DNA from: Bdellovibrionota bacterium
GTDB lineage: Bacteria; Bdellovibrionota; UBA2428
Direction of reading: 5' to 3'
NCBI GenBank assembly: GCA_044347615.1
Contig: JBIKUK010000007.1
Coordinates: forward strand, 58,285-122,284
Length of the DNA: 64,000 bases
Shown: positions 37,382 through 46,022 of the stretch, piece after piece
How positions within the stretch are numbered: position 1 is the stretch's first letter
Layout: each line of letters starts with the position of its first letter
Program-made: the position numbers and the translations under genes
Notes under the pieces: generated by a model
The model's database searches: none
The model's input: the letters and a program-made list of their open reading frames with translations, nothing else
What the model was told of the DNA's origin: nothing

Positions 37382-39988
37382 GTGAAAGTTCCTCATCGTA
37401 GCGCTTTGTCTTGGCAAACACCTTTGTACCAGCAGTACTGGAAGCTAAAAGACGAGGTTCCTCAGACTCTTCTGTTTTTTCGCCTAGGTGATTTTTTTGA
37501 GCTTTTTGGAGAAGATGCCGTTCAGGCGGCTCCGCTCTTAGAGGTTCAACTCACAAGTCGAGATCGAAGTGAAGAGGGGATTCCCATGTGCGGAATTCCT
37601 TTTCATGCATGGGAATCATACGCGGAAAAAATTTTAAATCGCGGATTAAAAATTGCAATTGCTGATCAGGTAGAAGAAGCAAGTGCGACAAAAAAGCTTG
37701 TCGAGAGACAAATTACTCGTATTCTCACTCCGGGCTTGCCGATTGATCCCCAAAGAATAGAAGCAAAGGAGGATCATTATCTTTGCGCGATTTCTCCTAT
37801 TGGAAGGAACTTAAAAAAAGATTCAAGTCTCGAACTTTGCTTTCTAGATTTCTTAGGAAGGCGTGTGTTTTCAGGTGAGGTAACTGGAGTTGCCGCACTT
37901 GCTGAACTCTTAAAAATGACACATCCACGAGAAATTATTTATTCAAGTGATTTGGATATTTTGTCTTCGGAATATATTTATTTAGAAAAAGAATTCTCTC
38001 AAAAACTTTCAGTTTGGAAGAGTGGCTCGGCTCTTTCAGTTTTGAGTGATTACTTGGCCTACACTCAACGTTGGTCCTTGAAGCAAGTTGAAGAATTTCT
38101 TCCCTCTCAAGAGCCTCTTGCACAATTTTTGGGATCTTCTTTTGAGGCAAAAATTTCGAGTCAGGTTTTAGAGCAGTGGGATGTCTTGCCTCATCTGGGA
38201 GAATTTCTTGATGCTTGTGGATCAGCTGCCGGTTCTCGAGAACTTAAAAGATTACTTGCTCATCCTCTTGCTCATGCGGGGCACATTCAAGCACGACAAG
38301 ACTTTGTCAAAGAGCTTCCTGTTGGGGAGATTTTATCTCTCACAAAAAATATTTATGATTTAGAGCGACTTGTTGGACGTATTTCTATTCGTGCGGCAAA
38401 AGCTGTGGAGCTTTTACGGGTTCGCGATTCCTTGCGAGTTCTGAAATCGCTTGACGAAGTATTTTCTCGTCCATGGTCACAAAAGTTAAAAAAATTAAGT
38501 GAGCTTGAGGGCTTTTCTTTGTGGGAGGATTGTCGAGAGGTTATTCTTGGGCTTGAGAAAAAATTCTCAGCAACACTTTGTGACGCTCCAACTGCGGCTC
38601 CTGATTGTCGTGATTTAATTTGCGAGGGAATTGATTCACGTTTTGATGAGCTTAAGAATTTATACAAAAACTTGGAGCAGTGGCTTCAGAACTTTGAAGA
38701 GAAATTAAGAAAAGAAACAAGCATCTCAAACTTAAAAGTTCGTTTTAATCGAGTGAACGGATTTTATATTGAAGTCAGTAAATCACACTTGAGTAAAATC
38801 CCTTCTCATTTTGAGCGTCGTCAAACTCTTGTGAACGCGGAGCGCTTCACTCATCCTGAATTAAAACAACGTGAAGAGGAAATCCTAGGTGCCGAAGATA
38901 AACTTGAGCGAAAAGCCAAAGAAATTATTGAGAACTTATCGGATCAATTACGTGCTGAAAGTTTAGGGCTCCTCAAGGCTCTTCGTTTGGTTGCTTATGT
39001 GGATGCTTTTGCGGGTGCCGAAAGATCGGTTCAAAAATACTCGGCTCATGGGCCTTGGGTGTGTCCTGCTATTACAGAGGGTCGATTTTATTTTTCAATT
39101 GAAGAAGGTCGCCATCCTTTGATTGAAGCTCGTGAGAGAAGTTTTGTTTCAAATTCTCTGACTTTAGGTATGAGTAAAAAAAGACTTTTGCTTTTGACGG
39201 GGCCTAACATGGCCGGAAAATCAACTCTTATGCGTCAGTGTGGAATTATTCTTTTACTCGCTCAAATTGGATTGCGAGTGCCTGCAGAAAAAGTTGAAAT
39301 GTCTCCCGCTCGTGGATTTTTCTCGCGAATGGGTGCAAGTGATCGCATTTTGATGGGCGAGAGTACATTTATGGTTGAGATGCGCGAGATGGCAGGAATT
39401 CTGCGAGATGCGGATGAAGATTCTTTTGTGTTGATCGATGAAATCGGCCGTGGAACTTCTACGCGCGATGGGTTAGCGCTTGCAAAATCCTTTTTGGAAT
39501 TTTTTGCGAACGAGCGTCCTTCTCTTACCCTGTTTGCGACTCACTATCATGAGCTGGCTCCTTTCTCTCAGCCCTTTGAAAGTGTTGTGAATGGGTCGAT
39601 GTCTATCCGAGAGTGGAAGGGCGATTTAGTTTTTTTAAGGAAACTTATCTATGAGTCAGCCTCAAGTTCTTATGGGTTGCATGTGGCTAAGCTGGCGGGG
39701 ATTTCGTCCAAATTACTCAATCGAGCAAAGAATTTTTATGATTTTAAGAGTGAAAATAGCTCTGAAAAACCCTCACTTTCACTTTCTCTTTTTGATCAGC
39801 CTATAGTTGCAAAAGCGAATAAAGACAGTGTCTTGCATGAGGAAGAACTAAGCAGAAAAATAAAAAAACAAGATGAGTGGTCTGATAAAATTGCGGCACT
39901 CGACACGGAATCTCTTTCTCCTCGAGACGCTTGGAAATTGTTGGATGAATGGAGGAATAGCGCAGCGCAAGAAGGGCCTGATGCCTAA
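37382..39988 (+). CDS. mutS: DNA mismatch repair protein MutS
   Basis: FRLGDFFELF, PMCGIP, GPNMAGKST, STFMVEM, DEIGRGTST, SYGLHVAKLAG. Confidence 0.96.
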   Translation: MKVPHRSALSWQTPLYQQYWKLKDEVPQTLLFFRLGDFFELFGEDAVQAAPLLEVQLTSRDRSEEGIPMCGIPFHAWESYAEKILNRGLKIAIADQVEEASATKKLVERQITRILTPGLPIDPQRIEAKEDHYLCAISPIGRNLKKDSSLELCFLDFLGRRVFSGEVTGVAALAELLKMTHPREIIYSSDLDILSSEYIYLEKEFSQKLSVWKSGSALSVLSDYLAYTQRWSLKQVEEFLPSQEPLAQFLGSSFEAKISSQVLEQWDVLPHLGEFLDACGSAAGSRELKRLLAHPLAHAGHIQARQDFVKELPVGEILSLTKNIYDLERLVGRISIRAAKAVELLRVRDSLRVLKSLDEVFSRPWSQKLKKLSELEGFSLWEDCREVILGLEKKFSATLCDAPTAAPDCRDLICEGIDSRFDELKNLYKNLEQWLQNFEEKLRKETSISNLKVRFNRVNGFYIEVSKSHLSKIPSHFERRQTLVNAERFTHPELKQREEEILGAEDKLERKAKEIIENLSDQLRAESLGLLKALRLVAYVDAFAGAERSVQKYSAHGPWVCPAITEGRFYFSIEEGRHPLIEARERSFVSNSLTLGMSKKRLLLLTGPNMAGKSTLMRQCGIILLLAQIGLRVPAEKVEMSPARGFFSRMGASDRILMGESTFMVEMREMAGILRDADEDSFVLIDEIGRGTSTRDGLALAKSFLEFFANERPSLTLFATHYHELAPFSQPFESVVNGSMSIREWKGDLVFLRKLIYESASSSYGLHVAKLAGISSKLLNRAKNFYDFKSENSSEKPSLSLSLFDQPIVAKANKDSVLHEEELSRKIKKQDEWSDKIAALDTESLSPRDAWKLLDEWRNSAAQEGPDA

Positions 39989-40038
39989 GTTATTCATAGG
40001 CTTGCCCGAAATTCCTAAAGTCGCGTATGGTTAAGGGT

Positions 40039-41076
40039 ATGGCCACTATAGATAGATTGAAGTCTCTTTTGAGCAATGATGTCGCAATTGACTTGGGAAC
40101 TGCGAACACTCTTGTTTACGTAAAAAATCAAGGCATTGTTGTGAATGAGCCAAGTGTGGTTGCCATTTTGAAAGATAATCGCGGACAGAAAAAGGTTATC
40201 GAAGTGGGTCATGCCGCAAAAGAAATGCTTGGAAAAACTCCTGGCAACATTCAAGCGATTCGTCCTCTTAAAGATGGAGTCATCGCAGATTTTGAAGTGA
40301 CTCAAGCGATGATCAAAGAATTAATTTCAAAAGCTCTTAAGAAAAGAACTTTGATTCGTCCTCGAATTATTATTTGTATTCCTTACGGAATCACGGAAGT
40401 AGAAAAACGCGCTGTAAAAGAAGCGGCTCTCTCTGCAAGTGCTCGTGAAGTTTATTTGATTGAAGAGCCAATGGCAGCGGCAATTGGAGCAGGTCTTCCT
40501 ATCACTGAATCAAGCGGAAATATGGTTGTTGATATCGGTGGGGGAACCACGGATGTTGCCGTGATCTCACTGGGCGGAATTGTCTTTTCAAAATCTGTTC
40601 GTGTGGGCGGCGACAAAATGAACGAAAGTATTCTTAATTACATTCGTCGTAAGTACAACCTAGCAATTGGTGAAAGAACTGCTGAGCAAATTAAAATCAC
40701 AATCGGAAACGCATATCCATCTGGAAAAGAAACTTCTATGGAAGTGAAGGGCCGCGATCTTCTAGCGGGTGTTCCTAAGACTATTGAAGTGAGTAGCGAT
40801 GAGATTCGTGAAGCTCTTACTGAGACTGTGAACTCGATTGTTGAAGCCGTAAAAATTACGCTTGAAAGAACTCCTCCTGAGTTGGCTGCTGATATTGTCG
40901 ACAAAGGTGTTGTGATGACGGGTGGGGGAAGTCTCCTAAGAAACCTCGACATCCTTCTTCGCGAAGAAACAGGCTTGCCTGTCTTTTTAAGTGAAGATCC
41001 ACTTTCCGCTGTTGCTTTAGGTGCGGGTATTGCTCTTGAGAACTTGGACTATCTCAAAGGCGTTACGATCGACTAA
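40039..41076 (+). CDS. mreB: Rod shape-determining protein MreB
   Basis: IDLGTANT, RPLKDGVIADF, EEPMAAAIGAG, DIGGGTT, TGGGSLL. Start set at ATG 40039, 7 nt after TTGCCC-18-TATGGT. Confidence 0.96.
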   Translation: MATIDRLKSLLSNDVAIDLGTANTLVYVKNQGIVVNEPSVVAILKDNRGQKKVIEVGHAAKEMLGKTPGNIQAIRPLKDGVIADFEVTQAMIKELISKALKKRTLIRPRIIICIPYGITEVEKRAVKEAALSASAREVYLIEEPMAAAIGAGLPITESSGNMVVDIGGGTTDVAVISLGGIVFSKSVRVGGDKMNESILNYIRRKYNLAIGERTAEQIKITIGNAYPSGKETSMEVKGRDLLAGVPKTIEVSSDEIREALTETVNSIVEAVKITLERTPPELAADIVDKGVVMTGGGSLLRNLDILLREETGLPVFLSEDPLSAVALGAGIALENLDYLKGVTID

Positions 41077-41274
41077 TAAGCGTTTAGGTTGGATAAAAGC
41101 CTTTTCTATATTTAACAGGACAATTTTTGCTGACTTCTTGTTAAGGATTTGGTCGCGTGTCTAAAACTTCGTCGTCATTTTTGTCTAAATACAGATCCCA
41201 GTGTCATGGTTTTGTTTCATGTAAAACAAATGATTTCGGAGTGTTAGGTCTTGTTTTTAAGAAGTGACAATAAT

Positions 41275-41290
41275 TGGCATGTAATCTGCT
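41275..41290 (+). promoter_or_regulatory. Candidate sigma-54 (-24/-12) promoter
   Basis: TGGCATGTAATCTGCT: GG 41276-77, 10 nt, GC 41288-89; strong SD AGGAGG before ATG 41354. Confidence 0.6.
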
Positions 41291-41353
41291 AATAGTCCTC
41301 CCTGAAAGCAGAAATATATCTGCAAAGAAAAATTCCTTTAGGAGGTACGTTAA

Positions 41354-42493
41354 ATGGAAGGTGCAAAATTAATCAAAAACATAACTCTCATGGGCGCATT
41401 TTGGGCAGGCTTCGCTATGCTCATTACAAATGCAAATGCTCAATCAAGCATTTATGAGCCCGAAACGACTGTTAAAACAGTCACAACTTCGCCTGGAATG
41501 AATCCAGCTGAAGTTCCTCAAGCAGAAATTAAGGCTGAAGCTGCAAAAGCAAGTGTAACAGGTAGTGAGATGGGTGTTGCGAATTCGGGTGGAACTCAAG
41601 TTCAAAACGTAACTGTTCAAGCAAGCCCTGTGAGCGCTGCTAAAGCAGAGGCAGCTTCTTCTAACTCAACGAATGCTTATAACAACGTCGATAACATGAG
41701 CAAAATGAGATCAGATACTGAGCAAACACACAATGCCATGCTCTTACAACAGTTGGAGCTTGATCGCTTGAAAGCAGAACAAGGAAGATTAAAGGCGATT
41801 GAAGGGTTTAGTTCCTCTAATAATTCTTCACCTGCACATCCCCTTGTCGAAAACATTAACATCAACGGTTCGGCAATCGCGCCTGTTCGTAGTGGTTCCT
41901 CAAGTGTAAGTTTAGATGTTGAAGAACATTCTCAGGTAGGACTTTTGGGAATGGAAATTGGAATTGCTCCGGTATTAGGAATGCGTTGGTTCCAGGATTT
42001 AAGTTCAAGTTTTTTCACAGGATTAAACACACAAAACTTGTACCTCATGGGTGTAGGCTTAGATGGAGTTGTAAACCCTTGGTTATCTGTTGAAGCTAGT
42101 TTCTTATACGGAAAAGATAATCTTTCTGGATACGATGCGTTTGGATTCTATCAGTTCGACCGAGATTCTTATGAATTCTCTGGTGGAATTAAAGTTGGTC
42201 AGTTCTACACACGATTCTTAAGACCGTATGTGGCTCTTGGTCTGGGATATATTCAGCAGTCTTACGATCTTCCTACAGGATTATTTAACGGAAGTTTCGC
42301 AAACAGTACTCACAACTTTGAAGTGAACACTGGAATCGGGCTCGATGCAAAGTTATCAAACAACTTTTCTATCGGAGTTCGCGGTGACTATCAGTATCTC
42401 TTCGGAGCAAATACAAACAATTTCCTTGCAGGCGCTTTAGATGACAACTCAGATCGTTACAGAATGTCAGCAAGTGCTATCTGGCGCTTCTAA
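41354..42493 (+). CDS. Outer-membrane beta-barrel protein with periplasmic low-complexity/coiled-coil N-terminus
   Basis: Signal peptide (..NANA); amphipathic strands LRPYVALGLGY, GIGLDAKL, SIGVRGDYQY; C-terminal beta-signal SASAIWRF. Confidence 0.8.
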   Translation: MEGAKLIKNITLMGAFWAGFAMLITNANAQSSIYEPETTVKTVTTSPGMNPAEVPQAEIKAEAAKASVTGSEMGVANSGGTQVQNVTVQASPVSAAKAEAASSNSTNAYNNVDNMSKMRSDTEQTHNAMLLQQLELDRLKAEQGRLKAIEGFSSSNNSSPAHPLVENININGSAIAPVRSGSSSVSLDVEEHSQVGLLGMEIGIAPVLGMRWFQDLSSSFFTGLNTQNLYLMGVGLDGVVNPWLSVEASFLYGKDNLSGYDAFGFYQFDRDSYEFSGGIKVGQFYTRFLRPYVALGLGYIQQSYDLPTGLFNGSFANSTHNFEVNTGIGLDAKLSNNFSIGVRGDYQYLFGANTNNFLAGALDDNSDRYRMSASAIWRF

Positions 42494-42531
42494 TATAAAT
42501 CAAGAATAACGAGAGCACCTTCTCGATTCTA

Positions 42532-42577
42532 GAGGCCATCGATTCCAAGAGGGAGTCGATGGCCTCATTATTTTTTT
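42532..42577 (+). terminator. Rho-independent terminator of the beta-barrel gene
   Basis: 15-bp stem GAGGCCATCGATTCC / GGAGTCGATGGCCTC (one G-U), 5-nt loop, then ATTATTTTTTT. Confidence 0.85.
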
Positions 42578-42660
42578 GTTAAGAAAAGGTTAAGGTTCTT
42601 CATTATAAATTAACGAGATATTTATTTTTTCATGATTTAACTCTCCGATAAGAAAGAAGC

Positions 42661-43890
42661 ATGAAGGTTTTTTCTGTTTTTGTCCTTTCTTTTTACTTGT
42701 TGATTTCATGCTCAAAATTTGTTCCGGAAAAACATGTTGATGTCGCAAATATTCAATCTCTCCAAAATCAAAACAAATTACCTTCAAATTCAACTTCAAA
42801 TTCAATAAGTGTGGCAGCAGAAGTGACTCAGAAGGAAGAGGGGATCAAAAGTGTAAGCCTCCTTCATCTGCTTCCAAGAATTCCCGATCAGGAAGGGGCG
42901 GAAAGATTCTTTATAAACTCTTTTGCGAATAAAGCAGATGATAAAAAGAATGCAGAGTTGATGAAAAGGGCACCTCCCGTGGACATGATTTTAGAAGGAA
43001 ATCATAAAACGGATGGTTCTCATTATTGTTTTTCTAACGACGAGAATCCTCAGGGAGTCAAATGTGCGCGGCCACGTTTTGATTCGGAAGTTCTTTCTCA
43101 AATAAAAGGATCTCAGGAATCGGGATCTGCAAAACAGCCTCTTTATATAAGTGCTATTCAGTTTATGTTTAAGTCTTCCGAGAAAAATTCTTCCAAAGTC
43201 GTGTTTGAAGGAGCATCTGTTGAGAAGTCTCCTCTTTCGTTTAACCCTCGAACAGGAGATCTAAACCCCCTCTCTGAGCAAAGTAAAATAAAAATTTCAT
43301 ATGGCTCCTCTTGTCTGTTGAGTGATGAAAACACAGTTGGTTTTGATTCTCTTTCGTCAGCTTTAAACAAAGATTTTTATTTAACAGGTATTTGGTCTCT
43401 TGCGCGTACAAAGCGAAAAGCTTTTGCCGAGACGCAAGAGGTGCAAGAATCTGATAGGTGCCAGGATGAAGATACGAAAACCGATTGGTATTGCAATTTG
43501 TTCGTAGATAAAGCGCAAGTTTGGTACTCAGCTTTATTCCCTGTTCTGTATCAAAATCCTGTGACGGGAGAAAGGGGAGTGGGGCATCGTCAATTTCCGT
43601 CTCAAGTTTCAACAGAGTCTGGATTGGAGGGGGCTCTCTCTTCTGAGCAGGCTGCTTTTGGTTTGTATTCGACTGCATCAGATGTAAAGGGCTTTGTGAA
43701 AACTCCGGAAATTGGAAAAGTCGATTCTCTAGGAAACGTTTTAAAAGATTGGGAGAAAACTTTTATTACAGGTCTTTGCCTCAAGGGTTATCGTCTTGAA
43801 AAAAATAATAGTGGAGAGCAAACAAAAATTCCATTTATAGAAGCATTGCGAGTTGAGCTTAGATCTCCCTCACTAAAGGTGCTGAGGTAG
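42661..43890 (+). CDS. Hypothetical lipoprotein (paralog of 43892..45319)
   Basis: Lipobox-like LLISC; collinear similarity blocks with the next ORF. Confidence 0.7.
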   Translation: MKVFSVFVLSFYLLISCSKFVPEKHVDVANIQSLQNQNKLPSNSTSNSISVAAEVTQKEEGIKSVSLLHLLPRIPDQEGAERFFINSFANKADDKKNAELMKRAPPVDMILEGNHKTDGSHYCFSNDENPQGVKCARPRFDSEVLSQIKGSQESGSAKQPLYISAIQFMFKSSEKNSSKVVFEGASVEKSPLSFNPRTGDLNPLSEQSKIKISYGSSCLLSDENTVGFDSLSSALNKDFYLTGIWSLARTKRKAFAETQEVQESDRCQDEDTKTDWYCNLFVDKAQVWYSALFPVLYQNPVTGERGVGHRQFPSQVSTESGLEGALSSEQAAFGLYSTASDVKGFVKTPEIGKVDSLGNVLKDWEKTFITGLCLKGYRLEKNNSGEQTKIPFIEALRVELRSPSLKVLR

Positions 43891-43891
43891 C

Positions 43892-45319
43892 ATGAAAAAT
43901 AATCAAGAACTCACAAAGGAGTCCTGGGTTTTTATCGTTTTTGTTTTGTTTTTTGTTTCCTGTGCTCAGCGTGGACTCTTGCCGACAGCAGTTACTTCAG
44001 CAGCCACTTCATCATCCTCGAGCAGTAGTTCAAATACTTCAAGTGATCCATCAATCGTTTTAGAAAAACCAAATGGATTATTTTTCATTTCATCATTTGG
44101 AAATTATAAAAATGGAAATTACGTCTCAGAAGCTCTTTATAACTTTGTAGATCCGACAGGAAGGAATTTTTGTTATTCAGCAGAGCGGTTTTCTAGTTCT
44201 AGCTATGTGGACGCGGTTCCTTGCTTAAAGCCTTTTGAAGGTTTTACGGGAAGTGAGGCTTTACCAGGAGAGGTTTCTTTTAATTCAAAATACAAAGATC
44301 TTAGGGATGCCTATGCTGAGAACATCAGGCCTCGTCAAAGGACGGGGCTCATTATTAACGGATTTCAATTTATTTTTAATCATTATAAAGCAAGCAACTC
44401 GGTTACTCAGGTGACCTTTTCTTCAAATGATCCTGATGCGGCTCCTGTTGAGCTTAAGCCCTCATCTGAGATTTTTATAAGTTCAATGTACGCAAGAACA
44501 GCGCCTATTAAAATAGATACAACAGGAAGGCTTTATTGGGACAAGACGCAGCTCACGACAGATGTCTATACGGGGACAGTGAATGATTGTGATGGAGATA
44601 ATGGGATGTTTACGACTCAAATTAAAATCCCTCAGTCTCTCGATAATTTGAGTACGGAGTTAGACGAACGCACACATTATTTTTTATCAGGTCTTTGGAT
44701 GTTGGAACGAAAGGAAACTCCTTCTTTTGAAAAATTTCCCGAGGGACAAAAATATTGTCGAACCCAAGGTGCGAGTGAAGATTTATGTGGGTTGTTTACG
44801 GGACGTACTCGTGTCTGGAGTACTTATATAAAACCAACAATTGTAAACAGAGTTCCAGGGTTTAAGTTTTTTCCTGGTTTAGATGGATTAAAACCCTTGG
44901 AGCCCGCAAACAATGCTCTTTCTTTTGAGAGTATTCTTGGTCGATACCGGGAATTTAATTCTTTTGTGGCACGGGTGAATGCTCAAGGACAAAAAACAAT
45001 TGTGGATGAAAGCTTATTGAATACAACTGTCTCTGGTGCCGTTTCGGCGGGGGTTTTGGATGTAGGTGGAGCGGCAGTCACCAAAAAAATAGGAATCCAG
45101 CAGCAGGGTCCCTTGGGGGCAAATCACGATGACTGGCAAAACCGAGCTCTGGTCGAATTTTGTATCAATGGGACTCGTACGGATACAAATGTTGTGACTT
45201 CTTATGGTTTTGAGCCAGTAACCAATGTGCCTATTATTACCAAAAAACTTACAAAACAGGAGCCTGTGCCCTTAATTAAGTCCATTAGGGCTGAATTTCG
45301 TACTATGAAAGTTCGTTAA
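43892..45319 (+). CDS. Hypothetical lipoprotein (paralog of 42661..43890)
   Basis: Lipobox-like FFVSC, Ser-rich linker; 1-nt gap after the previous stop. Confidence 0.7.
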   Translation: MKNNQELTKESWVFIVFVLFFVSCAQRGLLPTAVTSAATSSSSSSSSNTSSDPSIVLEKPNGLFFISSFGNYKNGNYVSEALYNFVDPTGRNFCYSAERFSSSSYVDAVPCLKPFEGFTGSEALPGEVSFNSKYKDLRDAYAENIRPRQRTGLIINGFQFIFNHYKASNSVTQVTFSSNDPDAAPVELKPSSEIFISSMYARTAPIKIDTTGRLYWDKTQLTTDVYTGTVNDCDGDNGMFTTQIKIPQSLDNLSTELDERTHYFLSGLWMLERKETPSFEKFPEGQKYCRTQGASEDLCGLFTGRTRVWSTYIKPTIVNRVPGFKFFPGLDGLKPLEPANNALSFESILGRYREFNSFVARVNAQGQKTIVDESLLNTTVSGAVSAGVLDVGGAAVTKKIGIQQQGPLGANHDDWQNRALVEFCINGTRTDTNVVTSYGFEPVTNVPIITKKLTKQEPVPLIKSIRAEFRTMKVR

Positions 45320-45392
45320 TCTTTATATCCAAGGCTGATCCTTCTTTAGAGTTGCGATAAGGATTCAGCTAGGGTATTAATGAGCTTGCTGT

Positions 45393-45442
45393 AAAGCCCA
45401 CGATCTTCTTGCGGGAAGGTTCGGTGGGCTTTGTGCTTTTTT
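45393..45442 (+). promoter_or_regulatory. rimP leader hairpin, candidate attenuator
   Basis: AAAGCCCAC...GTGGGCTTT stem (45393-45432) with internal pairing, followed by a T6 tract just before rimP. Terminator-like leaders are known ahead of rimP-nusA-infB. Confidence 0.6.
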
Positions 45443-45446
45443 AAGA

Positions 45447-46004
45447 ATGATGATTTATAAAAGTCCTAAAGAACTTGAATTAATTGAGAAAGTTTCGCCT
45501 GTTGTGTCTTCTTTAAATTATGAATTAAGGGATATCAACATGCGTAATGGCCAGCCTCTTGTGATTCGAGTCACTATTGATATCAAGGATAGAAGCCGAG
45601 GTGTGACTTTAGATGATTGTTACGAGGTTCACCGAGTCTTGGATCCTTTATTTGATGTTTGGGATCCTATCCAAAGAGCCTATACTCTTGAAATTAGCAG
45701 TCCTGGGGAGAAAGCTCCTCTCAGATTAGCCTCTCATTTTGAAGAAGCTGTTGGTCAAGAAATTGAATTCAAAACTCGCGAAGCTCTTAAGATGGAGCAA
45801 AGTCCAACAGCGGCTCCTCGAAAAAACTGGAAGGGTAAATTGTTAGGAATCAAAACGGAAGATTCTACCGCAAAGATAATGCTTGAAGATTCCGTGGGAA
45901 CGCATGTGATTGATGCGAGTCTTGTTGAAGAGGCTCGTTGGTTAAGAAATTGGTCAGCAAAAGATAGCGATAAAGAAAACAAAGAAACTAGTCGCGAAAA
46001 ATAA
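45447..46004 (+). CDS. rimP: Ribosome maturation factor RimP
   Basis: GVTLDDC, YTLEISSPG..PLR; upstream of nusA. Confidence 0.93.
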   Translation: MMIYKSPKELELIEKVSPVVSSLNYELRDINMRNGQPLVIRVTIDIKDRSRGVTLDDCYEVHRVLDPLFDVWDPIQRAYTLEISSPGEKAPLRLASHFEEAVGQEIEFKTREALKMEQSPTAAPRKNWKGKLLGIKTEDSTAKIMLEDSVGTHVIDASLVEEARWLRNWSAKDSDKENKETSREK

Positions 46005-46022
46005 AAATAAGGAGAGATAGTT

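Noticed and set aside
40015-40305. Antisense ORF over mreB and the many other 60-200-aa shadow ORFs in the track (e.g. 9843-10463, 48939-49424, 60495-60947)
   Set aside because: They lie opposite or out of frame within well-identified genes and show no motifs of their own.
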